Made by a program: the position numbers and the translations under genes. The notes beneath the pieces are model-generated. The model did not search any database. It worked only from the letters and a program-made list of their open reading frames with translations, and was not told the DNA's origin. Shown here in pieces: positions 14,415-30,610 of a stretch of 64,000 nucleotides of DNA (the stretch's first letter is position 1; every line of letters starts with the position of its first letter). Origin of the DNA: Tubulanus polymorphus (lineage: Eukaryota; Animalia; Nemertea); contig NC_134025.1 in the NCBI RefSeq assembly GCF_964204645.1, positions 6,572,001 to 6,636,000 on the forward strand, given 5' to 3'.

Positions 14415-14942
14415 TAAAACGGTCAAAGTCTCTGAAACTTTCAGAAAATATGGATTTATTCAAGAGCTACAGTCCAGTATATAGTTGTTGCCCGGTGCAA
14501 GGGCTCCTTGGGGGTCTAATTGACGCCCAAAGACCCCAAAATATCAATAATAATGTCTAGAAATTAATAAGTAAAATACAAAACGGTCAAAGTCTCTGAA
14601 ACTTTCAGAGAAGATAGACCTAAACAAGAGCTACAGCCCAGTATATAGTTGTTGCCCGGTGAAAGGGCTCCTTGGGGGTCTAATTGACCCCCAAAAACCC
14701 CAAAATATCAAAAATAATGTTTAGAAATTAATAAGTAAAATACAAAACGGTCGAAGTCTCTGAAACTTTCAGAGAAGATGGAACTATTCGAGAGCTACAG
14801 TCCAGTATATAGTTGTTGCCCGGTGCAAGGGCTCCTTGGGGGGCTAATTGAAGCCCAAAGACCCCCAAAATATCAATAATAATGTCTAGAAATTAATAAG
14901 TAAAATACATAACGGTCAAAATCTCTGAAACTTTCAGAGAAG
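14415..14942. repeat. Tandem repeat, 164-bp unit, about 3.2 copies
   Basis: GGTC(A/G)AA(G/A)TCTCTGAAACTTTCAG starts at 14421, 14585, 14749 and 14914, and the units are highly similar. Confidence 0.95.
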
Positions 14943-16039
14943 AAAGGATCAATGACAATTCGACCGAAAGCAAGAAGAATCTAAGGACAAAACTAATGTG
15001 GATTTAAGATTTTAAAGCACTGGAACAACATTATTTGATAATCACGTTTTGTTTACATCGGTCTCGTATAAGTTTCTAGAGCTGTTTTCCTACACGAACC
15101 ATTTACAATGCAGTACAAGAAAAGTATAGATGAAGAAATCAACGCTGGAAAAAGTGCGAAAAAACCATTTCGCAATCATAATATTTGGGTGTCAAACGGG
15201 GAAGATGTGGGAAACGAACTCGCATCTGACCATACACAGTCGATAGATAGAGCCCGGGGTGCTTAAAACAAAATGAAAACCAAAACAACTGATATAGCCA
15301 TTTTAGTAGCTTTAACATCAATACTTCTATTTTCATCCTCACTTCCGTGTGAGGTGAATTCTTCTTTCCGTTTATTGTGAATTTGTCGCAGTTTTACTAT
15401 CATGTTGTGTTGAACATTATCAATAAGGTTATATTCCTTACAAATTGGTCCGTAAAAACCAAAACTTGACGAGAAAAGAGCTTTCAATCGCTCTGATTCA
15501 CTTCGACGAAGTTCCATTTGAAGACGATTTGTGTAGACATCCCAAAAATAAACGATTTTAATGGTACTTAGCCAAGGGTTATACATTAGTGCGAACATTA
15601 TAAAACATAAAACTATCATGACTTTGATTCGATATTCTGTGATCGCTCTTTTAGCAAAGAAAGGAAATCAAATTGTCAAAGTCCATTGTACAACGATAGC
15701 AACAGCTACGTAGTTGCGTGTCAATTAGATGCATGATGTGATACCCGCGCTTATTAAAGCTACGGCATATGAAATGAAAATGAATAGGTAGCTCTCCTTA
15801 TATAACCGCTCTCCTTATATACACTCCTTGTATAAGAACTGCTTTTAAATAGCGTACTGGTCCTTGTATACCTCGCCATATCAAAAACATGATGTCCAAA
15901 AAAAGCCAACCAGGGTAAGAGATAAAACTTATTTTTTCGATGCGAAGGTTTGAATGGACCGCGGCGAACGCTTTCAGCGCACTGCCGCGATTGGTGGTTA
16001 CCTCGATATTCTCGGAGCTTCCCGCTATTGCACATCCCA

Positions 16040-16130
16040 GAAAAAAATCCAAGATGGCAGCGCCCATGAACCGAACCCGGAAATAAAAATTTCAATCAAC
16101 ACGTTTGAGATAACTTAAGTGCCTGTGAGT
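16040..16130 (+). promoter_or_regulatory. Putative CPOX core promoter / non-coding exon 1
   Basis: YY1-like CAAGATGGCAGC at about 16050, ETS-like CCGGAAA at about 16077, and donor GTGAGT at about 16125, which could join the acceptor at 16505. Confidence 0.4.
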
Positions 16131-16519
16131 TTTGAAAATTCCTTACATTTTTCTGTGGGTTTGAGCATTGTTCTGTTGGTTTTGGCAAATTTTTCCTTGC
16201 TCGTACTTTCGGTACTCGTGCCACCTCCGTGCAATCCCCTGACCCTGATTCTACGTACGTTTTAGCAGGCCAGCAACCTGGCTACGTGACAACAGTCATA
16301 TACTTCAGCAAGTTAGTGATTGCAGTGATGTAAGTTGAGCTCCCATTGATCATTCTGGTTACAGTCCAAAGGACTCACATCCCTCACATCTATAGCACTA
16401 GTGGAGGTTGAATATGACGTTGCTACTTTTTTCAATTTTGTTTTGATTGTGCTTCCTTTGCTGGCGTATAGGCTAAATTAATTTTTGTCATATTTGCTTT
16501 TCTAGATTTAGTCTTTGAA

Positions 16520-19002
<2,483 letters not shown>

Positions 19003-19964
19003 AACGTCATTAGTTTGACTGAGACTAACCGATTATCACATGATGTTGTGATCATGATTAACAATATAATGAACAAAATTTGAACTTTAGAATCCCAGAA
19101 GTTTTTGAACATGAATTTTCTATCATTACATAGACCTATAGATCGCCAAATTACATGTAACTGGTAATTGTTTTGTGATTATGATTTTATGGCAATTTAA
19201 AGGTTGCATGTCATTGATATTGAAGGCCGGAAAGATTGCTGCATTCACAGTATGGAAAACAAGCGGTATACGTATAGAATGAATGTTTTTGTAGTAATGA
19301 ATAAAACTATTGTTGAATATCTAGCGAATTAATAATTATTTTTGATTGTTAAAGATTTGAACAATGGTCCACCACACAAGGAGTTTATACTGAAGCTCGT
19401 GATCTTTTTATCCATTTTCATGATGCTTGCAATAAATTAATTTATTCTAATCCAGTCTTTTTAAAAATTTGTTCTTGTATCTCTTGTGGAAGTTGTAGTA
19501 CGTACATGTATTTCCGAACATTGAAATTTTTTTTGGAACTGCGTTACATCGAGGGACTTGACGATTTGATCATTATAACACGAGTTCGAAATTGATTAAA
19601 TTTTGATCTCACATATTTCCAAGTTCGATGTAACTAATTACCGCTAAAACTGGATTTCGGAGTACCGGACCCGAGCATGGAACCATTTTCGAAGCCAAGA
19701 AGCAACCAACCTTACACCTGCACATCATGACTCTCTATACATGTCACCATGGTAGTCATCATATAACTACAACAACGAAGCCCATCGAATGAGAGCATCT
19801 GGGAACTATAGAAACCACCCAACCCAGATAATGTCGTATTGACTGAATACTATAAACTATGAGCTATAGCCATAACTTGTGGTGGTATGAAAGGTGAAAG
19901 AATTTTCAAACGTACCGCCAACAAAAACTTATCGCGAACAAGATTATTTGTCATGTGATGTTTA

Positions 19965-20345
19965 TAACGGAACCAGGGACCACTGTTGAGGGTAGCACAC
20001 CTTATAAAAAAGGACATATTTCACGACAAACAAGGGGCTTCTGGGGGTTATCCCTCGCAGAAGATTTTGAAAATTTACTGCTTTTTGGTACAATTTCCAA
20101 GCAATGAATCAAGTCCTGATGCAAAGTGCGCTTTCTAGAAAATTGTCTGCATTGAGATGGGGTTTCCAGGCAATAAAGACGAGATCCGGAATGTTGTGCC
20201 TTTTTGTCGAAAATCTTTAGTCTTGTAAAAATGTGCCTTTTTCTACTTTTGGGATTGATTAGTAACAACTAAATGTGTGGGGATGAAAAAGGGCATGAAG
20301 TTTTCGCGACATGCCTACGGTGCTACCGCCTGAATCCGCGCATGG
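19965..20345. mobile_element. hAT-like MITE (CAGGGGCGGATCCAG-type ends), copy 1
   Basis: Aligns over about 350 bp with 23480-23845. Ends are CGGAACCAGGG and CCTGAATCCGCGCATG. Confidence 0.7.
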
Positions 20346-21637
20346 GAAACATCCATCATATCCAAAACCTGGTGCACCGTATATATGCTTGCCTACATGT
20401 GCACGTCTGGCCAAATTGACAATCCTATTAAAAAGGTGTTTAATGATGGCAGATATAATTCCAAGAACGTTATAGAGAATTCAATCAGATTTTGTTATAC
20501 ATAGGCCTTGCGCGAATGACAAATTCCATTAGTTAGCCTACAGGCAATGTTATAGTCAACCTTTTGACGGTTCGACTTGAGTCCAATAAAAGTGAGTAGT
20601 AAAATATCTGACGCGGGTCAGACTCTAAATCTTCTTCGTTGAACAACATCCTAACACGAGCGGGTTCTTTCAACACTAGTATTATTCGCCTATAGATCCA
20701 TCTTCCAGGAATAGAACATGTAATCTCCAATGCTCCCCTATTATAAAACTATTAACCTTAGTCCATATTTGTATCTCTTAACGACTTCAAAGTAGATCAT
20801 TTCATATGTTCAGGGTTTTGTCGGCGATAGTCATGATCGCGATGGGGGCCAAGTAAACACCTGTGTGATGACATAAATATCCTTGTCACTCAATTCATTG
20901 CACCTATTATGTGAGAATGTGAAAGATAAACCGGCGCAATAATATGATGCCGCGATTCATCCCTAGTAGAGCAAAGAATAACCTACACATTGTCAATGCC
21001 CGCTAGTTATTTGCTCTAACTACCTTAACGTCCCGTGGTGGCACGTGATCACTAGACCGCATCTTACACACAAAATAGAAAATTTAATAAAAGAACATCG
21101 ATTTCATCAATTTTAGATACTAGTCTTTACTAATATCATTGTGGGCATAGCCGTTCTTCGAATTATCAAATGCGATCTTAATCATTCTCAATATAAACGG
21201 GGATTGATAAATCGTTTCGGTTCAACATTCCTCGATCTTGACGCAGGCTCATCGCGATAAAAGCGACTCCAACAATATAATTTAATTTCTATAGGCCGAA
21301 TGGAAACCAGAAGAAATCCAAGGCACTTGCCTTACCTTGAAAAAACGATTGAACTTCTGATTCTGCACACAAAAAAAATCATTGTAGCAGTTGGCATTTA
21401 ATCTTTAAACACATAAAGTTATGGCTCAGAACAGAAAAGAAAAGCTTACGGCAGCGCATGACTGAACCTAATCGCCTACGAATAAGGTTTTCCCCGATGT
21501 CCCAAATCGTATCTTCATTATCTGCAGCAATCTTCGCTGAACGAAAAAAAATGAATATAATATCAACCAGGCCACTAAAAATTTCATAAGCAAAGTAAAT
21601 ATAATGGAATAAGTACAATGCAGTTTAAAGTACTCAA

Positions 21638-21760
21638 TGACGTGACGTCACTGAAAACAGGTAAAGCTTAATAAATGTGAGTTGAGTTTTCTCTAGTTTA
21701 GTTTGTAGTCGTATTTAGGATCAGTAACGTGTTGGGATGTTCGACGCAATCAAGTAAGTT
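21638..21760 (+). promoter_or_regulatory. Putative promoter and non-coding exon 1 of the divergent bHLH-PAS gene, with CRE (TGACGTCA 21643-21650 plus adjacent half-site)
   Basis: ATGACGTGACGTCA, an AT-rich box about 20 nt downstream, donor GTAAGT at about 21754, and an acceptor at about 22342 just before the ATG. Confidence 0.45.
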
Positions 21761-22356
21761 TGAATGAAAAGTTTTTTTATTTCTTCTTAAAAACAAAATT
21801 ATAATAGCTATCTTTTTTACTGAAATTTTTCTCTAAGTAGCATGTGCAACAACAATAGCGCGATGATCTCCTTAAAAAACTAATCTAAAATCTGTCCATT
21901 AATAGTAATGTGTCTTTAAATGGAAAGGGCGAAATATGTAGTTCTGCGTATTTCTTTGCAAGAAGTTCTGAAGTTTGACGTTGAGAATGGCGCCTGTTAT
22001 GTAGAAAGAATATGAATATATATACGGGGGGGGGGGTAGGGTACCATGGGGTTTAGAGGTCTCGATCAACCTGCTCCGTGGTTTGAAAATTGCTGATATT
22101 AATATCACTCCTATTTATGATGAAACTAACTGCAATTCAAATCTTTATCGATTGCTGTTTCTGCGTCTGCCATAGGTAATGCACAAATTTTTATGAATCT
22201 ATTTTTCATTAAAATACAAAAATATATATTTGGGAAAACACCGCACTTGACCTCCAAATTTCTGGATCGGTCCCGATAAAGCAACGCTGTAGCGATGCAT
22301 CTTATTATCTATAATCAGATATCTCATTTCAATTATTCCTTAGAAAAAATAGAAAC

Positions 22357-25300
22357 ATGGACGAAAACGGGAACCTTGTCGTAAGACACGCGCAACGACG
22401 GCCCTCGCAAAGTCGTTATCAACAAGAAAGCAAAGAAATATCGATTCTATCGGAACTATTACCTGCCAGTATCCGAGATCCGAATTGGGCTAAAGATAAA
22501 CTTAAATTACAGATAATTCTCCTGACCAGTTTCTACTTTCTGAAAGACTTTATATTTACTGGAGGTAGATATGAAAACGATCAAATACGCTTTCTATAAT
22601 CTCATTCTTCATTTCTTGTGACGATTGCATAAATTCACTCAGGTTCTTAATCTTTGCAGCGCGGATGTATGCGAGTCCCACCACCGAAGAACAAATCGCC
22701 AAAATCGAAGAAGATTTCCTGCCGGTAAATTATTTCATTCTTCGGACAATAAACCTGTAATGAATTTTAAGAAAAATCACGATCTCCTCATTAACAGATT
22801 ATGGAAGGTTGTGTGGTTGCCTTATGGAATCAGCCCGATAAAGAACAAGCGAAACGATCAACGAAAGTAGTTTGCGTCTCGGAAAACGCTGCTGTCAAGG
22901 AATATGTCGGCCACTCATTGGTAAGTTGATATAACCCTATATAAAAATGTTAGAAAAATAATGAAGGTCCTACCGAGATTCGAACTCGGGCTACTGGATT
23001 CAAAGTCCAATGTGCTAACCGCTACACCATAGGACCGCTGGTGTCAGCCGGTGGATTATTACATACTTCACACAATGCATAGTGAGCGTAGGCGCACTGC
23101 GATAGCAATTTCTGCTAGATTTTAATTTTTGCGTATTTCATTACGCGTTAATACGGCAATACTGGCGGTGGCGAGCGGCAAAAACATCTTTGATGGAACC
23201 CTATGATATTCGCTAAAATGTTTGATTTCACTTATGAACATGGCAGTTTTAGATGGATTTATACCCGAAATTTCACTGATGTTGTGTCGTAGCCGATTCA
23301 AAATAAATGTTTACATTGATATCATTTGTCAATAAAATGATTTTCAGATCGATGTCTCGATACAATTTTCGATGATTTTGAGTACGTGTTAACGTTTTTA
23401 ACTTCCTCTTACTGAAGTTTCTGATATGAAACGTCGATCACACTTCTTGGTCATATATTTATCAGCGATTACAGCAAATGTGGGCGGATCCAGGGACTAT
23501 TGACGGTAGCACCACTTATAAAAAAGGGCACAATCCGCAACAAATGTGGGGGTCTGAGGGTCTATCCCAAGAAAATTTTGAAAATATACTACCTTTTGGT
23601 GAAATCTCCAAGCAATAAATGAAATCCTGGTGCAAAGTGCTTTATAGAAAATTTACTGTACAGGGATGTATGTTCCAGGCAATGAAATCCTGTAGAATGG
23701 TGTGCCTTTTTGTAGAAAATTATCTGCCTCTTCTTGTAAAAATGTACCCTTTTTTACTTTGGGATTGTTAGAGACGCCCTTTTTACTTTGGGGATGAAAA
23801 AAATGAAAAAGGGCACGAATTTTTCGCGACGGTTGCACGGTGTTCTATCTTATTGAGATATGGCATGGATTGTATTTCTAATTCGATCACTAAGATACTA
23901 CTATGATTTCTCTAGACACAAGTGATATCTCAAGTCGGGCACAAATTGGAAGATCTATCGATTGGTCCCGAGACGGAAGAGAATCCAGAGATAAATGAGG
24001 CTAGATCGCAGGTCGGTTTTTTGTGCTTATTTCTTAATGTTGTCATGTTTGCTTTTGGTGCGTTTTCGAAAATCCTGCCCACATCGAACACCTTCCGGAA
24101 TATTCAGTGTCCGCCGATATAGCGGTCGTTCTCCGAGTAGGCCAAAAATACATAAATCCTCTTAATGTATTTTGGTAGCGCGTGAAACCGTGAACATAAA
24201 ATGAAATGAACACTTCTCGCTGATACGGGCTCATTATTGCAACATTGAACAGAAATATGAGATTTCTGTTTCAAAAGCGTTCTTCAAATAGATATTCCTT
24301 CACAGAAACAGCATAGATTAAACTGCAGTCTACTCCGGTTCTGGAAGTAATTAATTCTGGAAGAATGTAACATTAATTTCTGTAGGATCATCGATATTAT
24401 CGGTTCTGTATTTAAGGTGAGATATGTAAACGAGTTGTTGCAAGTGGCGAGTGTTGATTCGAGTGAACAGATCACATTTACTGTATCTATCTACTTACCC
24501 AAGAAATATTACAGACGCAATGAATTCATACGCAAGGTAATCTGGGCCTATCTATGGTTGCACTTGATAACCTAGCATGAAATTTGTTTTGGCACGAAAT
24601 TAACATCATGCACTTTAAAAACTGATATATAAGGGTTCTTATTTATTATGGAACGAAAGCTGTCTGCTTGACGCACAGAGACAAGTTGGAAGAAAAAATT
24701 ATGCACGCATAAAGAGATTTCGTTGGGAGAACAAGTCCTTGCGCATCTGTAATCGTATCTGATTGGGCAACGCGCTTCGCGAAAAACCCAACGTTTCCAG
24801 AATGAGAATAATGCTTATGATCTGTTCATTAGGTCTTGGTATTCAGGGGTCGAATGTTCTTACAAGAATACGACGAAGTCGATAATGGATGGCAGACCGG
24901 AGTTAAACGGTCGCAAAGGATATTCATTGGCACGGCTTCGCCTCCTATAACCCCTTTGTTCCAGGCTTTGCCGACGATTATCGATGTATTCTACGTTTAT
25001 CTGCGTCGTGACGATATGAAACTATTGAGCGGTTGCGAAGATGAAAGGTAAGCGCGTGTTGCTTCCCCCAGGGGCGGTTCCAGATCCGCCCCTATTCCCT
25101 CATTATTGAAACGACTGTTAGACATCTTATTACATTAAACTCAATTACAGAGCACAATATCTACTCGGAATTAGTAACGTAGAGAATTATGACTCGTGGT
25201 ACGATTTTATCCACCCAATGGATATTTCCAAGGCTGCTGAAGCTCATAATTACTGGTTGTCTGAAAGTAAGAACCTGTGTTTTGCAGCTATACGCCGGTG

Positions 25301-26934
25301 GTAGAATGCTTGAGTGCTTGTTGAAGATTATCTCTACTGGTTCAAGGTATGCTTTGGAGTAATTCCATTTATTTACTCCAGGGTAGTTGAGTTGAATTAT
25401 CTGATTAACGGTATAAATTTAAAGTGTAAAAAATGCCCCACGATATTCATAACAAACTAACTCCATCATCCGGGAAGTATGATGTAAGTTAGTTTGCATC
25501 CAAATCGTTCCAATCAATACATATTCGAAATTTCAATGAATTGTGGGACATCTTTAGATTGTGTGAAATCACCCGATATCATAAGCATTTATCTGTGCAC
25601 TTTTTACCCCAAAAATGAACATCGATTCCTCGAGCATGTACGTTTGCGGCACGCGCTTGTAACCACAAACATAGTTAAAAAGCCATGATAGTCATCATAA
25701 CGATATCAGAAAACTGACGTATATAAAGTTACATGCATATCATTGGAAATGGAAATTTATATCTACTCAGCAGGGGGTCCAACATTTAACTCGGAAGATC
25801 ACGACGGCAATGGCTATATGACGACTTTACGATTAACAAATGGTGTCACCGCATTTCCAGTGAGCGTTTCAATGAAACTGATTATGGACAAAGATAAACA
25901 AATCGATGGAATATTTGTTGCTCATCAACCGATAGGGTAAGCAAGTCTATAGTCCTAGCTTCGGGAATGGAGTTGCCAAAATTTCGATGTTGCGATAATT
26001 ATTTTCTTATGAATTTCATGATAGGCCAAATGAAATTAAGATGTACGAGACATATTGCGCCCGCTACAACAGAAGATCGGCGCCATTTTTTGATGATACC
26101 AGTAGCAGTAAATCGCGTATTAAGTCACGAACACGATCGCGATTTGTCGAAGGAATGCCAAACAATGCGGTTTTGCAAGTTCTCCCAGAAACCGTCGTCA
26201 ACTACCAGATGTCGATCGACCAGGATGAGGCTTCTCCGCCGACCGAAAGGCCTTACGTTCAATCTACGCAAGATGGGTTTTATCAACACGCAGTAGAAAC
26301 AACTCAAGAACAGGAATCATCGAATATATATTCGCCTCTGATTGAAAAACAGCATTTGAATCACATGACAGAGGGAAGAACTATTCCACGAACCTATTTA
26401 ACAAATCAGCAGGATCCTTATAACTTCGAATCGTATCAACTCACAGAAAGACAATCACAGCCAATAGGATGGTTTCCACACGGGCAAAACTGGATGCAAG
26501 ATTCAACTATGACGGATACTTATCTATCCGAAGTTTCACGATGCAACTCGTCGGCTCCGCTATTTTGCTGCGAAGATCCATACGATTATATCGATGGCTA
26601 TATTGCCGATTCCGTGGAACAGTATTCGACAGGATTTGGTGACCACAGTTACCGACAGCACTACCCCATGATGCCAAATACCGAAACTGGGGCTTTTCAA
26701 GAATTCACGGCGTGGACGCCACCAAAAGAACATTTGCGAATGACGGCAGATGAAACAACGCCTGACAATCCAGCTGCACAAGTCAGCCAAGCTTACATGA
26801 CCCCAGAGGAAGAGAGAGAACTAACTCAGCGACAATTAATCGAATTTGAAAGAATAAAACGCAAGCTGTATCAAAATGCAGAGGAAAATGCAAGGTTGGA
26901 TTCAACTGCCAATTCTCTCTTGGGATTCTATTGA
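22357..26934 (+). CDS. Divergent NPAS4-like bHLH-PAS protein; 9 coding exons (approx. 22357-22564, 22660-22724, 22798-22920, 23916-24011, 24417-24536, 24833-25048, 25151-25266, 25771-25936, 26025-26934)
   Basis: HLH-like EISILSELLP...KLQIILLTSFYFLK, PAS-A-like IMEGCVVAL...VVCVSENAAVKEYVGHSL, PAS-B-like AQYLLG...SWYDFIHPMDISKAAEAH, and a long acidic/aromatic last exon. The ORF stays open across all junctions, and intron phases match the neighbouring NPAS4-like gene. Confidence 0.8.
22965..23036 (-). tRNA. tRNA-Gln (anticodon TTG)
   Basis: Reverse complement is GGTCCTATGGTGTAGCGGTTAGCACATTGGACTTTGAATCCAGTAGCCCGAGTTCGAATCTCGGTAGGACCT: 72 nt, paired acceptor stem, A and B boxes, followed by a TTTTT Pol III terminator. 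Confidence 0.95.
23480..23845. mobile_element. hAT-like MITE, copy 2 (intronic)
   Basis: GGGCGGATCCAGGGAC...GGTAGCACCACTTATAAAAAAGGGCAC... is homologous to 19965-20345. Confidence 0.7.
25069..25093. repeat. Minimal palindromic remnant of the same MITE termini
   Basis: CAGGGGCGGTTCCAGATCCGCCCCT: the two termini are joined with no interior. Confidence 0.45.
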
Positions 26935-28286
26935 AGATGATTATACATTATAAGCTGAACGATTGCATTTGATTATCCTCATATTTCTACTTATTATTAA
27001 CTTTTTATCTCAAAACTACTTTTATATATGTTTCTATTTCATGATGGATTGCATTTATATTTTACATGATAGGGTCCCGCTACTTAATTAGTGCTATTTT
27101 TCATTATTATACTCTCAATGAACTTAAGGGTTTCCAAATCGTTCACGTTATGCTTTTTACGAATAAGATTCAGTTTCTCAATTGGAATCAAACCAGGTTC
27201 TTTTCTCTTTCAACATCGATGATAGAATGTTTGAGGCTTGAATGTTAAGGCTGACTTATAATGTGACAATGGAGACGGATAATTTAACATCTTAGTCCAC
27301 TGTATAAGTTAATGCGGGCCAGCTATCGAGTATACAAATAGGCAAAACGTAACAAAGTGAAGTTTTATCACAGAAATACCACATTTTATTCAGAATATTC
27401 ATTAGTAAAATTTCAAATACAATACAACAAAGTATGAGACAGATAATCCTTACGTATAATAGTTGCAACTTAGTGGTAGCAGATATCCTCCGACGGCCAA
27501 CTTAGTGTTCGAAGTGCTATTCTAAATCATTTACAGTGCGGATAATACGAAATACTATAGAAAAATCAATCTGGATCATAAACAAATAACCAATTCTGAA
27601 ACCAGTCAGAACCATTTACAGAACTATTCACTGACCTGCAGTTCAAATTTGCACGCCTATAGATATTGTATATATATATACATCTAAAAAATATAGTAAT
27701 TGATATAAATTGAAGATACGTTCACGTACATATGATAGTATACGTAATTTCAAAAGATTTGTAAAAAATGAATACAAGCCTATACATATATTTATATCAG
27801 TTAAGATAGTGCTACTTCTTTTTGGAAATTAAGGAACGAATCGGAAAAAACATTTCCATACTAAATAACAAGAAGCGATGGCGAAACGCGAAGTTAGAAT
27901 GGTTTTGATGCAGACTGCGGATAGAGTTTTACCGGCAATATGCCATACAGTTTACTGTCGTCGGTAAATCGTTTGACCTATGACCCTAACTCGGTCCTCC
28001 CTCATTACAACACTGGACTTCTCTATCTTGACCATTTTCACCTGAAAGACATCGAAACAACAGCGATTCTTTTTAATATCATCATAAGAAATATATATTA
28101 CACCAAAAATACATAAAGAGATTTTTTATTCTATTTATAAGAAACAGTTCATTTAAATTGTGCCACGTTTGATATTAAGTATATGTGTATCTTATAACCA
28201 CCATCAAACGCACTGATATCACATTCCTATGATTATCATTTGTCATCACTATAAACTAAATTAAACTTAAAGGAATGCACACTATT

Positions 28287-30559
28287 TCACTTACCCGCTG
28301 ATGTTTCACCATGTTGAAGATATTTACTGGCCCCATGACTTGGGGGAGGTTGTCGAAGATTTAAAACACGATTCGCACTTGCGATATGTTGATGAGATGG
28401 CGAATTTAACGAAGGCACGTCAAGTTTATTCAATCGTTGTCGTTTTCGCGATTGTTGATGGCCGCCGTCTTGTTCGTTTTCGCTCGAGTCTGGAGATACA
28501 TGAGCGAAATAATCATCTATTTCGAGGACATTGATCACTTTCAGGTCATAGCCTCTCTTTCGATGATTTTGAGACGACTTGTTGGATTCGTTTCGTAGGG
28601 GACAGATAATATTTGTGACGTCACTGCGAAATGACAATGGCGCTGATGTATTTATGCTATCGGTTAACGAAGTACCAAACGAACTGACTGGACTTGTGCT
28701 CGGTGTCGAGGGAGGAGTCATAGGGACGGAGTAGTAATTAGATGGGTCAGCTGGGTATTTCATGGTTGTATAGGCGGATGGCGGGACGAATGGAGCGCCC
28801 TGTGCGCGGTTCAGTCGACCAATTGTTACAATATCGTGACCACTTAGAGTGTAATCCTGTGCGCCATGACCCATACGACCAATCACGTAATCATGCACAC
28901 CTCGCACGTGACCAATTCGTTCAACCGTGAGATCCTCCGCACCGTCGTCAAAGTGAGCATTATCTTGAGTATTCATCTTACCGATGGACTGAGGAAGTTC
29001 TTTAGCGTATCCTATCGCGTAATTAGCGGTATGATAATCATGATTCAATCGCGGATATTGCTGATTCCCTGACATCATGTAATCATACGTATTACTATGT
29101 TGATAGCTGTTATAGCCCCCGTACTGTCCATCATCTAGAATGGACATATCATAACCCGTGGCGTTATCGTAGATGGTATATGATTGGTGCCTGGTTGCCT
29201 CCGCGTGGCTGTAACCAGGTTGTCGATATAGATCTGCTGTTTCGGCATACATGTATGGGTTGTACTGTTGTACCGCTTCGCAGTCGATTGGGTGAGCGGA
29301 ATTTATGTCGCTAGGGGAGAGACATTCCGGACTTTGAGCTCTTTGCGCGTTGTGACTTTGACTGAGACGACGGAAAAGCGGTGCTTCATCGGCGCTGAAA
29401 GGACAGAAAAAGAGTTTCGAAAAAAAAGAAATGATGAATGCGTGGTCGCTTGGAATAAAATGCAAAGATTTGTTGTTGATTAACTCTATTCTATGGTTAT
29501 TTTCCTGGAAAATATCGTTCGGACAAAGAGATATAATCCTAACTGTAATCCGACGATACTAGACGTTGATTGGTCTCAGTAACCGTGACGTATAGATATA
29601 AGATAGGGTGTGGTCAGTGTCATCTGACCGCTGCGGCTAGCTACTTTCACCTGACGTCATCTAGACAAAGTAGCATAATTGCTTAGCGTCCAATCTTGTT
29701 AATCATTCTTGAGAAAATGTCATATTATCTGCTATATGTTAGCGTTCTAAAGATGGCATGTAATAACATGGATTGGGTAGAGTCAATTGAGTAAAGTGGT
29801 AGTGACCGGAAATGGTGGACAGTTGACCGTTCGAGGCGATAGAAGAAGGCTGTCTTGTGAAACTGATGATGAGCTTTTAGTTTAGAAGCTGGAAATGAAC
29901 AGTTCAATTCAGTACGCCTGCTCAAAATCTGTCGTAATTTCCCTAATAGCATGTAACAAAGACACCACCGGATATTTCATACCATATTGTAATTACGAGA
30001 TCGTATTCGTGCAATCGTTCGACTACTAACACTAAAAAAATGAAATCTTTGTATGAATCTTTTGGGTCAAAATTTATGAATCTACTTAACGTCACATCAT
30101 ATAAACCACATACATACAGTCCACATGTGCATCTTCAACTAACTACCATACGTATTTTACCCGGGCCTAATATGCTTATCTAAACAACACCAATTTTCAA
30201 GGAAACGACTTTTTTCTACTGTATGCAATTAGGTTCTATTAGGTTATATGGTAACTTAGATAAGGAGATGGCTAGTCATCGATGGATATGAGGCTAATCG
30301 TAACTGTTTTCTAAATATCGAGCGCTGATGAATACGTAATTTGCAAGCTTCATCCATTTAGAAAATGAAACTAAAGTGCCGAAGTGCGATAAATTTTGGC
30401 AAGGAAACGCATAACAAATTGCATTTCTATATGGCCTGGGAGGTGCGGGGGACCTGGTAGATTCCTGAAGAGCGTGGAAATTCGATCGGAGACAAAGAGA
30501 CAATAAACTAATAGACGCATAGAAATGTCATTAAGTAAGAAGTGACTGGTAATGATAAT

Positions 30560-30610
<51 letters not shown>

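Noticed and set aside
14415-14942. Regular repeat array as a CRISPR array
   Set aside because: The units are contiguous 164-bp near-identical repeats with no unique spacers, there are no cas genes, and the context is eukaryotic.
23348-23390. Possible extra PAS-A exon (IDVSIQF...) in the divergent bHLH-PAS gene
   Set aside because: It runs into a stop with no good in-phase donor, whereas the exon at 23916 continues the frame cleanly.
28301-29483. Plus-strand ORFs opposite the NPAS4-like last exon
   Set aside because: Antisense shadows of a long coding exon with no independent features.
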